Shown in pieces: positions 42,835-54,662 of a stretch of DNA of 64,000 bases (its first letter is position 1; every line of letters begins with the position of its first letter). The notes below the pieces were generated by a model, which was not told the origin of the DNA, ran no database searches, and saw only the letters and a list, made by a program, of their open reading frames with translations. The DNA lies in assembly GCF_009914755.1 (NCBI RefSeq), contig NC_060927.1; one strand, written 5' to 3'. The stretch is from the human T2T-CHM13v2.0 reference genome, Homo sapiens. The position numbers were made by a program, and so were the translations under genes.

Positions 42835-44012
42835 GTAAACCCCTGATGAAAGAACTAATGTCTATATTATACAAAGGGAGTCACTGGGGACCCCAGCCTC
42901 TGTGTAATGCAATACTTAGAAATTATGTGTGTATAGGAATTTATACCCTCACTAAATAAGCATATGGAACTTGTGTAACTTGTCAAAAGATGAAGAAAAA
43001 GGTGATTAGAAAACAGGCCATGGGAGGAAGACCTCCTGGACTAAGACGATTTCAAAGCATTCAAGTAGATTTCACAGAAATGCCCAAAGTTGGAAGACTA
43101 AAGTATTTACTGGTGATCATAGATCTCCTTTCTGGCTGGGTGGAAGACTTTCCCCTTCCAACAGCCACTGCCAGAAATGTGGTCAAAATAATATTAGAAC
43201 AGATTGTACCTAGATTTGGCCTGGTGGAAAATATTGATTCAGACAATGGGAGCCACTTTACCTTAAGGGTGTTAAGGGAAATTATGGAAGGTTTACAAAT
43301 TAAATGGGATTATTATGCCCCTTGGCATCCTCCTTCTCTGGAAAGGTAGAAAGAATGAAACAAACTCTCAAAAAGCGTATCACCAAACTAATCTTAGAAA
43401 CTAAAATGCCTTGGACCAAATATCTCCAAATAGCACTCCTGAGGATTAGGCCCAAGAGAATACTTGGGATTGTCCCCCTATGACTTACTATATGGACTCC
43501 CATATTTGTGCAGGGCTACAGATCTTCCTACTATGGAAACCAAGGACTAATTTTTTTTTTTTTTTTTTTTTTTTTGAGACAGAGTCTCGCTCTGTCACCC
43601 AAGCTACCAAGGACTAATTTTTAAGAAATTATATACTGGCTATATCCTCCACCCTGTCATCCCTTAGGTTAAAAGGACTTCTGACTCAAACTCAATGTCA
43701 AGTGTCTGGTAGGCAGGCACACCTGGGGCAGCTACAGCAGTTAAGTTCACCACATGGTTCACCACGCCCAGCCTGACAACTTGGTGCTGATTAAGAGCTG
43801 GAAAGAGGACAAGCTCCACCAAAGGTGGGAAGATCCCTATCAAGGGCTCCTGACCACTGAGACTGCCATGCGAACAGCTGAATGGGGGTGGACTCACTAT
43901 ACTTGAGTCAAGGGACTGGTAAAAGAGACCCTTGAAGGGAGGGAAAAAGATCACTGGAAAGTGCATTGGTCACCTAAGAAATCCTTAAAGTTAACTCTAA
44001 GAAAAATCTAGA
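42835..44012 (+). pseudogene. pol: pol remnant: integrase only
   Basis: HWG...CVTC zinc motif, QVDFTEMP and IDSDNGSHF catalytic aspartates (ORF 42990-43349), and a GPY/F-like 3' region. Confidence 0.9.
43556..43605 (-). mobile_element. Extremely 5'-truncated Alu (30-nt body plus poly-A) with a 17-bp TSD
   Basis: Poly-T plus GAGACAGAGTCTCGCTCTGTCACCCAAGCT, flanked by ACCAAGGACTAATTTTT at 43539-43555 and 43606-43622. Confidence 0.92.
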
Positions 44013-44707
44013 AAGAAAACATGGACTAGCCCCATTTCTAGAAGTTAATATGGCCAAGATGGAGTACTATACAAAGAGCAAAACATCAAAATGGAAACTG
44101 GCAGGGGACTCCTCCCTACTCAATCAGGTTGATAATTAATGTGACCAAAACAGTAGAACCCCAGAGTATAAAATTTAATGCCTGCCAAGTTTTACCTTGT
44201 GGGAATTTAGAAAATCTGAGACAGCTCTTGCAGGCAAATAAATATCTGTGCCCTGAACCAGATACAGGTTACAGTAATGCATCACCTTGCCCCAGCAGAG
44301 ACGATGTATGGTGGACTACCCAATTTCAGGGTTGGACAGTAAACATGGGGTAGGTAACTGAGCTGGAGACCCTTAAAAAATAAACTACATATGTCCAAGG
44401 GCTCCCAGCCAAATAACTACCAGAATTTAGAATGCAATCCTATACCCATAACCATTAACAATCCAGCTTTTCTAGACCAAGAACCAAAAGTAGCATCTCA
44501 GGTATATGGGTTAGGGGCAGACATCACAGGGAAAAACCCCTTCAGGGTGATTTGTTCTCAAACTAATCAAAAACTCAACCTCCCATTTGCTTGGGACTAC
44601 TCTAACTGCAGGCCCTAATAAACAGTTTAGTCCAGCAAATAATGACCCTAAAAGGGTAAAAATAATTGAGGTAAAGGATTTAATGCAAACCTTAGAAATT
44701 GAGACAG

Positions 44708-45056
<349 letters not shown>

Positions 45057-46506
45057 AGAAATTGAGACAGATACGGCTGTGTGAATGCCTGGGTCAAACT
45101 GGTCACATTTTCGGTGCAAGCCCTTGACAAGAGTAACTGCTATGCGGGGGCTGCAGACGACCTCGGGCACAGGTGGTTCTGTTTCCCTTAGGATGGAATA
45201 CCAAGTTTTGACGGTCTGCTCTTTGTATAGTAGTCCATCCTAGCCATATTAACTTCCAGAAATGGGGCCAGCACATGTTTTCTTTTTAGATTTTTCTTAG
45301 AGTTAACTTTAAAGGAATGTGTTGCATGTTGGCTCCATACCACGACAAGGATGCATTGGGAAATAAGACTTGTAAGAGTCTGTCATTGTTCTTTTCCACA
45401 TTGTGGAGGCCGGATCCCAGAGCAATCCCCTCATTCTCTACAGGGAATATAAACCACTCCTTTTACCTCTCTAGGCAGGGGGAAGAATTCAATAAGCCCA
45501 TGGGAGAACTCTCGTCTTGTACCCACATCCTAAACATCACTGTTGAGTCAAGCAATGGCAATTACTCAGCTGTCCATATACCTCGGGCTGATGTCTGGTG
45601 GTACTGTGGGAAAAGGAACCTCCATAACCATCCAATTGGACTGGGACTTGTGCGTTAGTCCAGTTGGATATTCACTTCACCCTGGCATTCCATAAGATAC
45701 TTGAAAATACACATGGCCACCCAAACTGGAGAGATTTAACAAATTCTTTTGATCTCAATACACATGTTGACTCGATAGGAGTCCCTAGGGCGGTGCCTAA
45801 TGAATTTAAGTCCCAAAACCAAATAGTTGCTGGGTTTGAGTCACCACTGTTCTGGTGGTCAGCTATTAATAAGAATGTGGATTGGATTAACTACATGTAT
45901 TATAATCAACAGAATCATCAATTATACTTGGGACACTCTCAAAAGGGGTAGCTAGCCAGTTAGATGCCACCAGCCAAATGGCCTGGGAAAATAGGCTTGC
46001 ACTAAACATAATACTAGCAGATAAAGGAGACATATGTGTTATGCTGGGTGGGAAATGTACTTTCATTCCCAACAATACTAGGGACCAATTGTCCCTAGAT
46101 GGGACCATCACAAAAGCTTTACAAGGAATGACAACTCTAGCCAACAAACTCGCAGAAAATGCTGGAATTGGTGACCCATTTATGGGTTGGCCAGAAAGTC
46201 GATTTGGAAAATGGAAAGCATGGTGCTTCAATCCTTACATCTCTCATAATTGTGGCAGGAATCTTAACAGAAGTGGGATGATGTATTATCCCTGTGTAAG
46301 GGGACTAGCACAGAGATTACTTGAAACACCTATTAATAAGCAAATGCCCATGACTTACCAGCAAAATAACTTTCTACTATTAGAAACTAAATTAAACTCA
46401 CTCTCCTATGAAGAAGAAAGTAAATGGCTTCTAGAGTGATTCTAGGACCAGGAGGATTTAGATGAAAATGAGACCAGAGGAAGTAAATAGAAAAGCAGAG
46501 AGAATT

Positions 46507-46960
46507 TGAGAGAAAATATTTTAAATGGTCCATTTTCAAGGCATGATAAATCTAGCACTGGCAGCCAGCCTGCGGACGTAAAAAAGTGCATGGCTTCTGC
46601 TATTAGAAAGTCATGATAAATGAACAGAATGTTGAGGCGGGGTCAGCCCATAAAAGGGAAGAAAGTTTCGTTATTGGGAAATCACAACTTAAGCAGGGAA
46701 GGGGACTGGGGTATAACCTTATAAGGGGGATAATAAAACTTTGGTGACATCTGGGAAGATTATAACCCCATAGTAATTGACCAGTGAGGAACTGGGGGAG
46801 GGACTTGCATGCTAGGAGATAAATTAGTTGCTGTAGTTGCCCCGGATGTGCCTGCCTACCACTCGATCTTGCAAGACCGTTATTAAAACTCTTACTTTTG
46901 CTATTCTTTGTGCTTCTGAGTCCATTCTTCGGGTTTGGATGGGTGAGCGTGTTTCTCACA
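46507..46960 (+). promoter_or_regulatory. 3' LTR
   Basis: Direct repeat of the 5' LTR, preceded by a purine tract and followed by the TSD. Confidence 0.93.
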
Positions 46961-47321
46961 ATAATCAAGTCTTGTCCTCATCATTTAGGGGTTCATATTT
47001 GAAATACATACAGACTTGAAAAACAAAAACCTAAAAATATAAATAAAAATAATCTTCAGTTGGTAACACTGCTGGGGCACCAGCAGAAGCAAAAGCAAAC
47101 CTCTCTGAAGAGAGCACACTCTCAGACAAGACCTGCTTGGAGCCTCATGAGCTTCCAGCAATAATCCCAAACTTGAAAACACATGAATTTTCCTGAATAT
47201 GATTTCCTCTATATAATTTCTGTATATAATTGTATACAAATCTTGTATACAGAAATCTCCTGTTTATAATTTCTTATGTACAATTTTTCTGTATTTTCAT
47301 TCCCCTGTATGTCTGTGTTAA

Positions 47322-47633
<312 letters not shown>

Positions 47634-47689
47634 ATCTGTGTTAATATTAATACATAGAGAAACCAAATATCACACAGAGATAAAAGAGT

Positions 47690-47975
47690 AACATGGCATA
47701 ATGGTTTAGGGTGTAGCATCTAGGGCTGGCTTCAAACAGAAATATAGATAGCTTTATAAATAGATAGATAACTGAGTGGTCCTCATGCAAAATACCTCAT
47801 CTAGTCTTCTCACCTCTACAATGGGAATTATCACAGTAATACATCTCATAGGCTTGCTACGAGAATTAAATGAGTTAATATACAAAAAGTAGTCAGAACC
47901 AGAACCACGCCGGCAATGTAGGAAGTAATAAAAAGGGACAGTTGTTCTTATAATTATCAGCATCACCATTATCAT
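47690..47975 (+). mobile_element. MIR SINE
   Basis: CACCTCTACAATGGGAATTATCACAGTAATACATCTCATAGG...AATTAAATGAGTTAATA. Confidence 0.7.
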
Positions 47976-48899
47976 TACTATTATATATAACTGGTCATAT
48001 TATCTCACCTATCTCATAATTAGGTAGATTTTTCTTCATACATGCCCAGATACATATCCATCTGGCAAGGAATTAAATCTTCAGGTAAACCAAGCTAGAC
48101 ACATCTCAAAATTACATGATTTCACATTACTGGCTTTTTTGCTAAGAAGCAGCAAAACTAAGATCTATGGTAAAATTTAATGTGCAAACATTAAGCTAAC
48201 TAATTACAGTATATGTTTTGAGAAATTTACTGTTTACTCTTTGTTCTTATATGTAGGTTTTCAAAGTAAATTATTTACTTTATAAATATGTTTATGTTGC
48301 TGTACACATAGTTTGATTCCTCAGAATTCAGAACATGTCATTTGAATATATATTCTAACATATATACATGATTGAGTGAAGTGAATACGGCTTTTACCTC
48401 AGAAATGGTGCATCATGCTTATCCCAGCCCTAGAACATTTCCTACCCCTCACTTAGACATCAGTTGACTCTGACCACCAGCCCACTCATGGCAACTAGGA
48501 AAACAGGGTTAGGACATCAGCTTGCCTCACCAGGTTATCTGTGTTGTGGTGGTGGATGCAGAAATCTGAACGGCTGCTGAAATTACACAGAACTAAATAT
48601 ACACAGTCAAACATGAATACAAGTAAAACTGAAGAAATAAGAATAAAATCTGAATAATATTTGAGATAAATGTTCTATAAATTGGGTAAGTTTGTAATTT
48701 TGATTATCTTTTCTGCATCATAGCTTTTTTAATTTGGAAGGCTGCACTAAAAGGATTTGAGAAGACAATGCAAGTCATGAATATGAAGAAAAATTCCTAG
48801 TATAGTTAAAAGAATGAAGGATACAGGTGAAGATTCATCTCAAATATAAGGCTGTTATGATTAAAACATAATGATAGGGGAGTAAGATATCTAAGAACA

Positions 48900-49250
48900 A
48901 CAACTAACGTTCTTTGAGTACTAGACTATCTGCCAGGTGCTGTCCTAAGCATGTAACATTAATTTACTACTTAAATCTCAAAAACTCCTATGTGATATGT
49001 ACTATATCATCTCTATTTTACAATGGAGGAAATCAAAGAAAGAGGATATTGTAATACATTGAGATTAGTAAATACTGGTACTTAATATGTCTTTTAATAT
49101 CCCAGTAAACCTATGGGGTATTGTTATGCATATTTTATGTACCAGAAGATTGAAGCCCAAATCGGTTAAGTAAATTGTACAAATTTAAGTAGGTGTCATA
49201 TCTAGAATTTAAACTCTGGTTGGCTGCTCCAAAACCGCTTTTCTTTTTAC
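48900..49250 (-). mobile_element. Two MIR fragments
   Basis: Antisense MIR motifs TGCCAGGTGCTGTCCTAAGC...TATTTTACAATGGAGGAAA and GGTTAAGTAAATTG. Confidence 0.6.
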
Positions 49251-49416
49251 TATGGTAAAAGATGTTCCTAGAATGATGCAGGTTATATAAGAGTAACCAG
49301 CTTGTAATGCAGCACATCTCCATTGAAATTCTGGCACAGTCAAGTGTAATACCTTCTCAGGCACTTAATCGTTTTCAGCCACTCTTTCTTTCTCTGTAGA
49401 AAGGTGTGGGTTGTGG

Positions 49417-49788
<372 letters not shown>

Positions 49789-50716
49789 TTATGTTTAGCA
49801 TTACCTTACCTGGTAATATGTAGGTATATTTAGATAAATGTATGTGACTATTCTATGTGAAAGGTAAATTTCTAATTGCATAGATGCAACTGACGGAATC
49901 ATGATTATTGACTAAACAAGCTTAATTGTGCTTGACCCACCGATTAGCACTAAAGAGCAATAACCCACATGAAAAAGGTCTCTGTGATTTTCCTTAGGTG
50001 AGATAATTTGGTTTCCTCCCTCTCCACTACCTTCTCCCATTCTGACTGGATGAGCCAGGGAAAATCCCTTTTGTATGGAAGGAGCAAACTGCTGTGAAAA
50101 GTTGAATCAGAAGGAAACTGTGGATTGGACATTCATTGTTTGACCTCTTGCCTGGCAGAGGGGCAACAGCAGGTACATCTGAAAGGTCTCTGTATGGTCA
50201 TGACTTTTCAGCCCATGCATTCAGTGATCTGGAGGATGAAGGGCCTTAATGTCCAATACACATTCCTGGTAAAGATATGTGTGTCTTCAGTTATGATGAA
50301 AACCATCTGGTCTGAGTTGTTTTTAACATCATTTCTATTATTAGTTTCAAAATGTGTCATCACTAGAAAATAAAATGAGAAAGTCATCTTTAAATTATTA
50401 GCTGTTAAGTCTGCCCTCAAGAGGTCATCATCAATCATTTCACAGGGTGTAAGGCCAAATAGCCTTTTAAAAATTTCATTTGAAACATAAACAACTGATG
50501 GGAACACCAAACTATTTCATCACCTTATAAGTATTAATATGCTTTAGAATTTAAAGCGTCTATTTTAAATTCAGTGCAAGATGATTTAAGAGTTTTCCAT
50601 GTAAAAGATAAAAGTCATCTTGTATAAGGATGATTATGTCTTATATATTAACTGCATTCAGAGACTTTAATTATAAAATATTTTAATTATTTTATACATT
50701 AGAGCATAAATTATCC

Positions 50717-50794
50717 AGCTCAGTAAGATGATCAGGGTCACTACTAATTGCAAATAGCTCAGTAAGATGATCAGGGTCACTACTAATTGCAAAT
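50717..50794 (+). repeat. Perfect 39-bp tandem duplication
   Basis: AGCTCAGTAAGATGATCAGGGTCACTACTAATTGCAAAT occurs twice in tandem. Confidence 0.97.
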
Positions 50795-52069
50795 AGAAAA
50801 AGTAACCAAGAGGAGTTGAAGACCTTATGTTGTTAAAAGAATGTGTAAAGCTGCTGCTTTAAGAATCAGCCACACTCTATTGATGAACAGATGTTAGGCT
50901 TCATGTTTACTGTGCTCATTTCTTCCTGCCTCTAAAGCAAAGGCACCGCACTACACTTTAGCAAATCTAGATTCTGCTTGACCCTCACTAAGTCATTTCA
51001 TTCCTCTGCTCTTTCTTTTCCTCATCTGTGAAAGTTAAATGATGGGTGGATAGAAGGTGTAAGTGTAAGGGGGCATTGACCAGATAATATATAAGATCCT
51101 TTTTAATCTAAGAGCTAATGATTATATAATTTGTAAATAAATCAAATTACACAAAATAATTCTCTTTTAATTTCTGGAGAACAGTGTTTTCTGTTTGAAC
51201 CACTGAAAAAATGATTGCTGTAAAAAAAGTAACTGCCTGTTTAATAATGTCAATTTCCACCTGATTCAAATACTGCTGAACACTACTAAATTATATATAC
51301 TTTCCAGGAGCTCCAAATGCTGAAAAACATGCATGTTGTCCAACTATTGAGAGAGACAGAAATAAGAGAATTAAGTTAGCATTAAGAAAGAAATTGATGA
51401 TAGATATATCACAATGAATCAACTGAGTTCCAAAACAGTTTTTGAGTATGAATGAAATTAATTTAAAAATATGTGTTATCACCTGAAATTAGCCTATTTT
51501 CACCTGGTCATATAGACATTAAAAGGACTGTTCAAATAGGAAAAATAATTTTCTCCAGTTCCACTGTATAAGACTGTTTTATCTAAAATATCTGAAAAAC
51601 ATTAACTTGCTAAAGCAACAACATCTAGAAGTAGCTGTGTATACCTAGATTGTTTCTTGCTCAGTTACTACTCACTGGTCTCTCTGACATATCACCTGCC
51701 ATTTGGATTTGATCAGGAAGTTCAGGATGGTTTTACATGGACCACCTATACAGAATGCAATTTTTTTCAATGGCTTAGGGAGAGTAAGTTAGCCAAGGTG
51801 AATCTCAAAGTGTGACCAATTTTAAATTATTTCATGGGTACCTCTGAGAGAATAATGTATTGACTTCCATTCACTTGAGTTAAAAGTGGCAGTTTTCCCT
51901 AGGTGCATGGATTAATAAGGAGAGGGTCGAAGATGGCAGAAGCATGTGAATGAAACTGGCACAAAGGAGAGAACACATTCTGTGGTAGGATTACATGAAA
52001 AATGAGTTTGGGAAAAACATTAGGTAAACTTTTAATCTTGGTTTTACTTAGGAATCACTCACAAGATGA

Positions 52070-53372
52070 AAGTCTGATGGGCAGTCTGATCACGCTTTTG
52101 TGGAGTAGCTGTGCCCTGCGGGGGTACCGCCTCCATCCTCAGGTGGTTTGGACTCTTGTAAGCCTACAGACTGGAACAGCGTTGTCTAAACAGCAAAGAT
52201 GGTTGGCCATCCCTCCCTTCAGGTGCTCCATCCAAGGCAGAAATCAAAACTGTCTGGTGGAGAATGTGGGTGGGGGTAGCTGGAGGCCCCAGTTGGAAAG
52301 TCCCACCCAGAGATAAGGAGCAGATCATGAACTCACTTAAAGAAGAAGTCTGACAGCATTTTGGTAGAGCAGCTGTGCATTGCTGGGGGCTCCCTTCTGC
52401 CTCAGACAGTTTATACTCTCCTAAGCCCACTTCCTGGAACAGCTGAGTTGTCCAAACTGCTTCTCCCCTTGGGCACTCCATCCAAGGGAGAAATTAAAAC
52501 TCTGTCTGCCAGAGAATATGGGTAGGGCTTGCTGGAGGCCCCTGTTGGGAAGCATTGCCCTGAGATGAGGAATAGATCAGGGTCCCACTTGAAGCAGTCT
52601 GGCTATATTTTGGTAGAGCAGCTATGCTGTGCTAGGAGAGGTCCCTTCCATCCCTGGTTGGTTTGGTTTGGAGTCTCCTAAACCCCCAGGCTGGAATGGC
52701 TGAGTTGTCCAAACAGCAAAGATGGCAGCCTGCCCCTCTTTCTGGGAACACTGTCTCATCCCAAGTAGGTGCAACACTGTTTCTGGGGGCTGGCTGGAAT
52801 TCCAAGTCAGTGGGATTTGTCCTGCGAGGCACTGTGGAAGTGGGGCCCATAGGCCTGCACTGCTTGGCTTCCTGAATTCAGCTATTTTTCCCTAGGGGTG
52901 TGTAGGAACATCCAACTTCCCTCCTTGACTGAGTTGCAGTCACCTTTGCCAGGTTTCCTGGAGCCAGAATATGTAGAGCTCCTGGAATTCTGCGTGTGCC
53001 TGAGCAGCTGCTCTGCTAAGACTTCACACAGCCATGTGTGTCAGACCAAAGGCCCTGGTGGAGTGGGTTCAGGAAGAGACCTCCTGACCCAAGGGTTGCA
53101 AAGATCCATGGGAGAAGCATGGTTTCCCAAGGTCACATATCCACTCCCTGGGGTGGAGAGAGGTTCCCTTGGCTTCGTGTTGCTTCTGGGCAGGCTGTCA
53201 CTCTTCCCTGCTTTTCTCCATTCTCCATGGCTCCAGCTGTTTCCCTGATCAGTCTCAATGCAAATGCATGCCTGGATATTTCAGTTGAAGGTGTTGTATT
53301 TACTCGCCCCTTTCATTCCTGTCTGTGAGAGCCACACTGGAGCTGCTTCTATTTGGCCATCTTGGCCCCACC
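52070..53372 (-). mobile_element. Isolated L1P3/L1P4-type (about L1PA13-16) 5' UTR with ~250-bp internal repeats
   Basis: The reverse complement starts GGGGCCAAGATGGCCAAATAGAAGCAGCTCC. Three diverged units contain GTCTG...TTTTG(G)TAGAGCAGCT(G/A)TG. Confidence 0.8.
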
Positions 53373-53591
53373 CCTTTCTGTTATTTTATAAAGAGATCAG
53401 TTTAATAAAATTTTTGGCTCAAGAAAATTCCAAATTTCTAATCCAATTCACACATCAACTCTATAGCATTGCACCAATAGTTTTCAATGCACAGGATTAG
53501 TAACATGTGGAATTGCAAAGAGGACCTTGTGAACTCCAAGAAATACTTGATTATGTGGGGAGGCAAATATTGAATTAAAGAGTTCCTTACA

Positions 53592-54662
53592 TGTTGCGGG
53601 AAGTCAGGGACCCCAAACAGAGGGACTGGCTGAAGCCATGGCAGAAGAACGTGGATTGTGAAGATTTTATGGACATTTATTAGTTCCCCAAATTAATACT
53701 TTTATAATTTCTTATGCCTGTCTTTACTGCAATCCCTAAACATAAATTGTAAAGATTTCATGGACACTTATCACTTCCCCAATCAATACCCTTGTGATTT
53801 CCTATGCCTGTCTTTACTTTAATCTCTTAATCCTGTCAGCCGAGGATGATGTATGTCGCCTTAGGACCCTGTAATAATTGCATTAACTGCACAAATTGTA
53901 CAGCATGTGTGTTTGAGCAATATGAAATGTGGGCACCTTGAAAAAAGAACAAGATAACAGCAATGTTTAGGAAACAAGAGAGATAACCTTAAACTCTGAC
54001 TGCCAGTGAGCCGGGCAGAACAGAGCCATATTTCTCTTCTTTCAAAAGCAAATGGGAGAAATATCGCTGAATTCTTTTTCTCAGCATGGAACATCCTTGA
54101 GGAAGAGAATACGTGCCTGGAGGTATAGGCTTATAAACAGCCCCCCTAGGTGCGCCTGTCTCTTATGGTCGAGGCTGCAGAGATGAAATAGACTCCAGTC
54201 TCCCATAGCGCTCCCAGGCTTATTAGGAAGAGGAAATTCCCACCTAATAAATTTTGGTCAGACCAGTTGATCTCAAAACCCTGTCTCCTGATAAGATGTT
54301 ATCAATGACAATGGTGCCCGAAAGTTCATTAGCAATTTTAATTTCACCTTGGTCCTGTGGTCTTGTGATCTCGCCCTGCCTCCACTTGCCTTGTGATATT
54401 CTATTACCCTGTTAAGTACTTGATGTCTGTCACCCACACCTATTCGCACACTCCCTCCCCTTTTTGAAAATCTCTAATAAAAACTTGCTGGTTTTTGTGG
54501 CTTGTGGGGCATCACGGATCCTACCAACGTGTGATGTCTCCCCTGGATGCCCAGCTTTAAAATTTCTCTCTTTTATACTCTGTCCCTTTATTTCTCAAGC
54601 TGGCCGATGCTTAGGAAAAATAGAAAAAAACCTACGTGATTATCAGGGCAGGTTCCCCGATA
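53592..54662 (+). mobile_element. MER11 (C-like) solo LTR, HERV-K(HML-8)
   Basis: TGTTGCGGGAAGTCAGGGACCCC...GGCAGGTTCCCCGATA, 1071 bp, with a 6-bp TSD CTTACA at 53586-53591 and 54663-54668. Confidence 0.93.

Noticed and set aside
45978-46439. Env TM ORF as a possible domesticated (syncytin-like) gene
   Set aside because: The upstream env has stops, an Alu and frameshifts; the CX6CC motif is incomplete and the membrane anchor is frameshifted.
50208-50510. 100-aa ORF in unique DNA
   Set aside because: No recognisable homology and a non-ATG start; consistent with chance.
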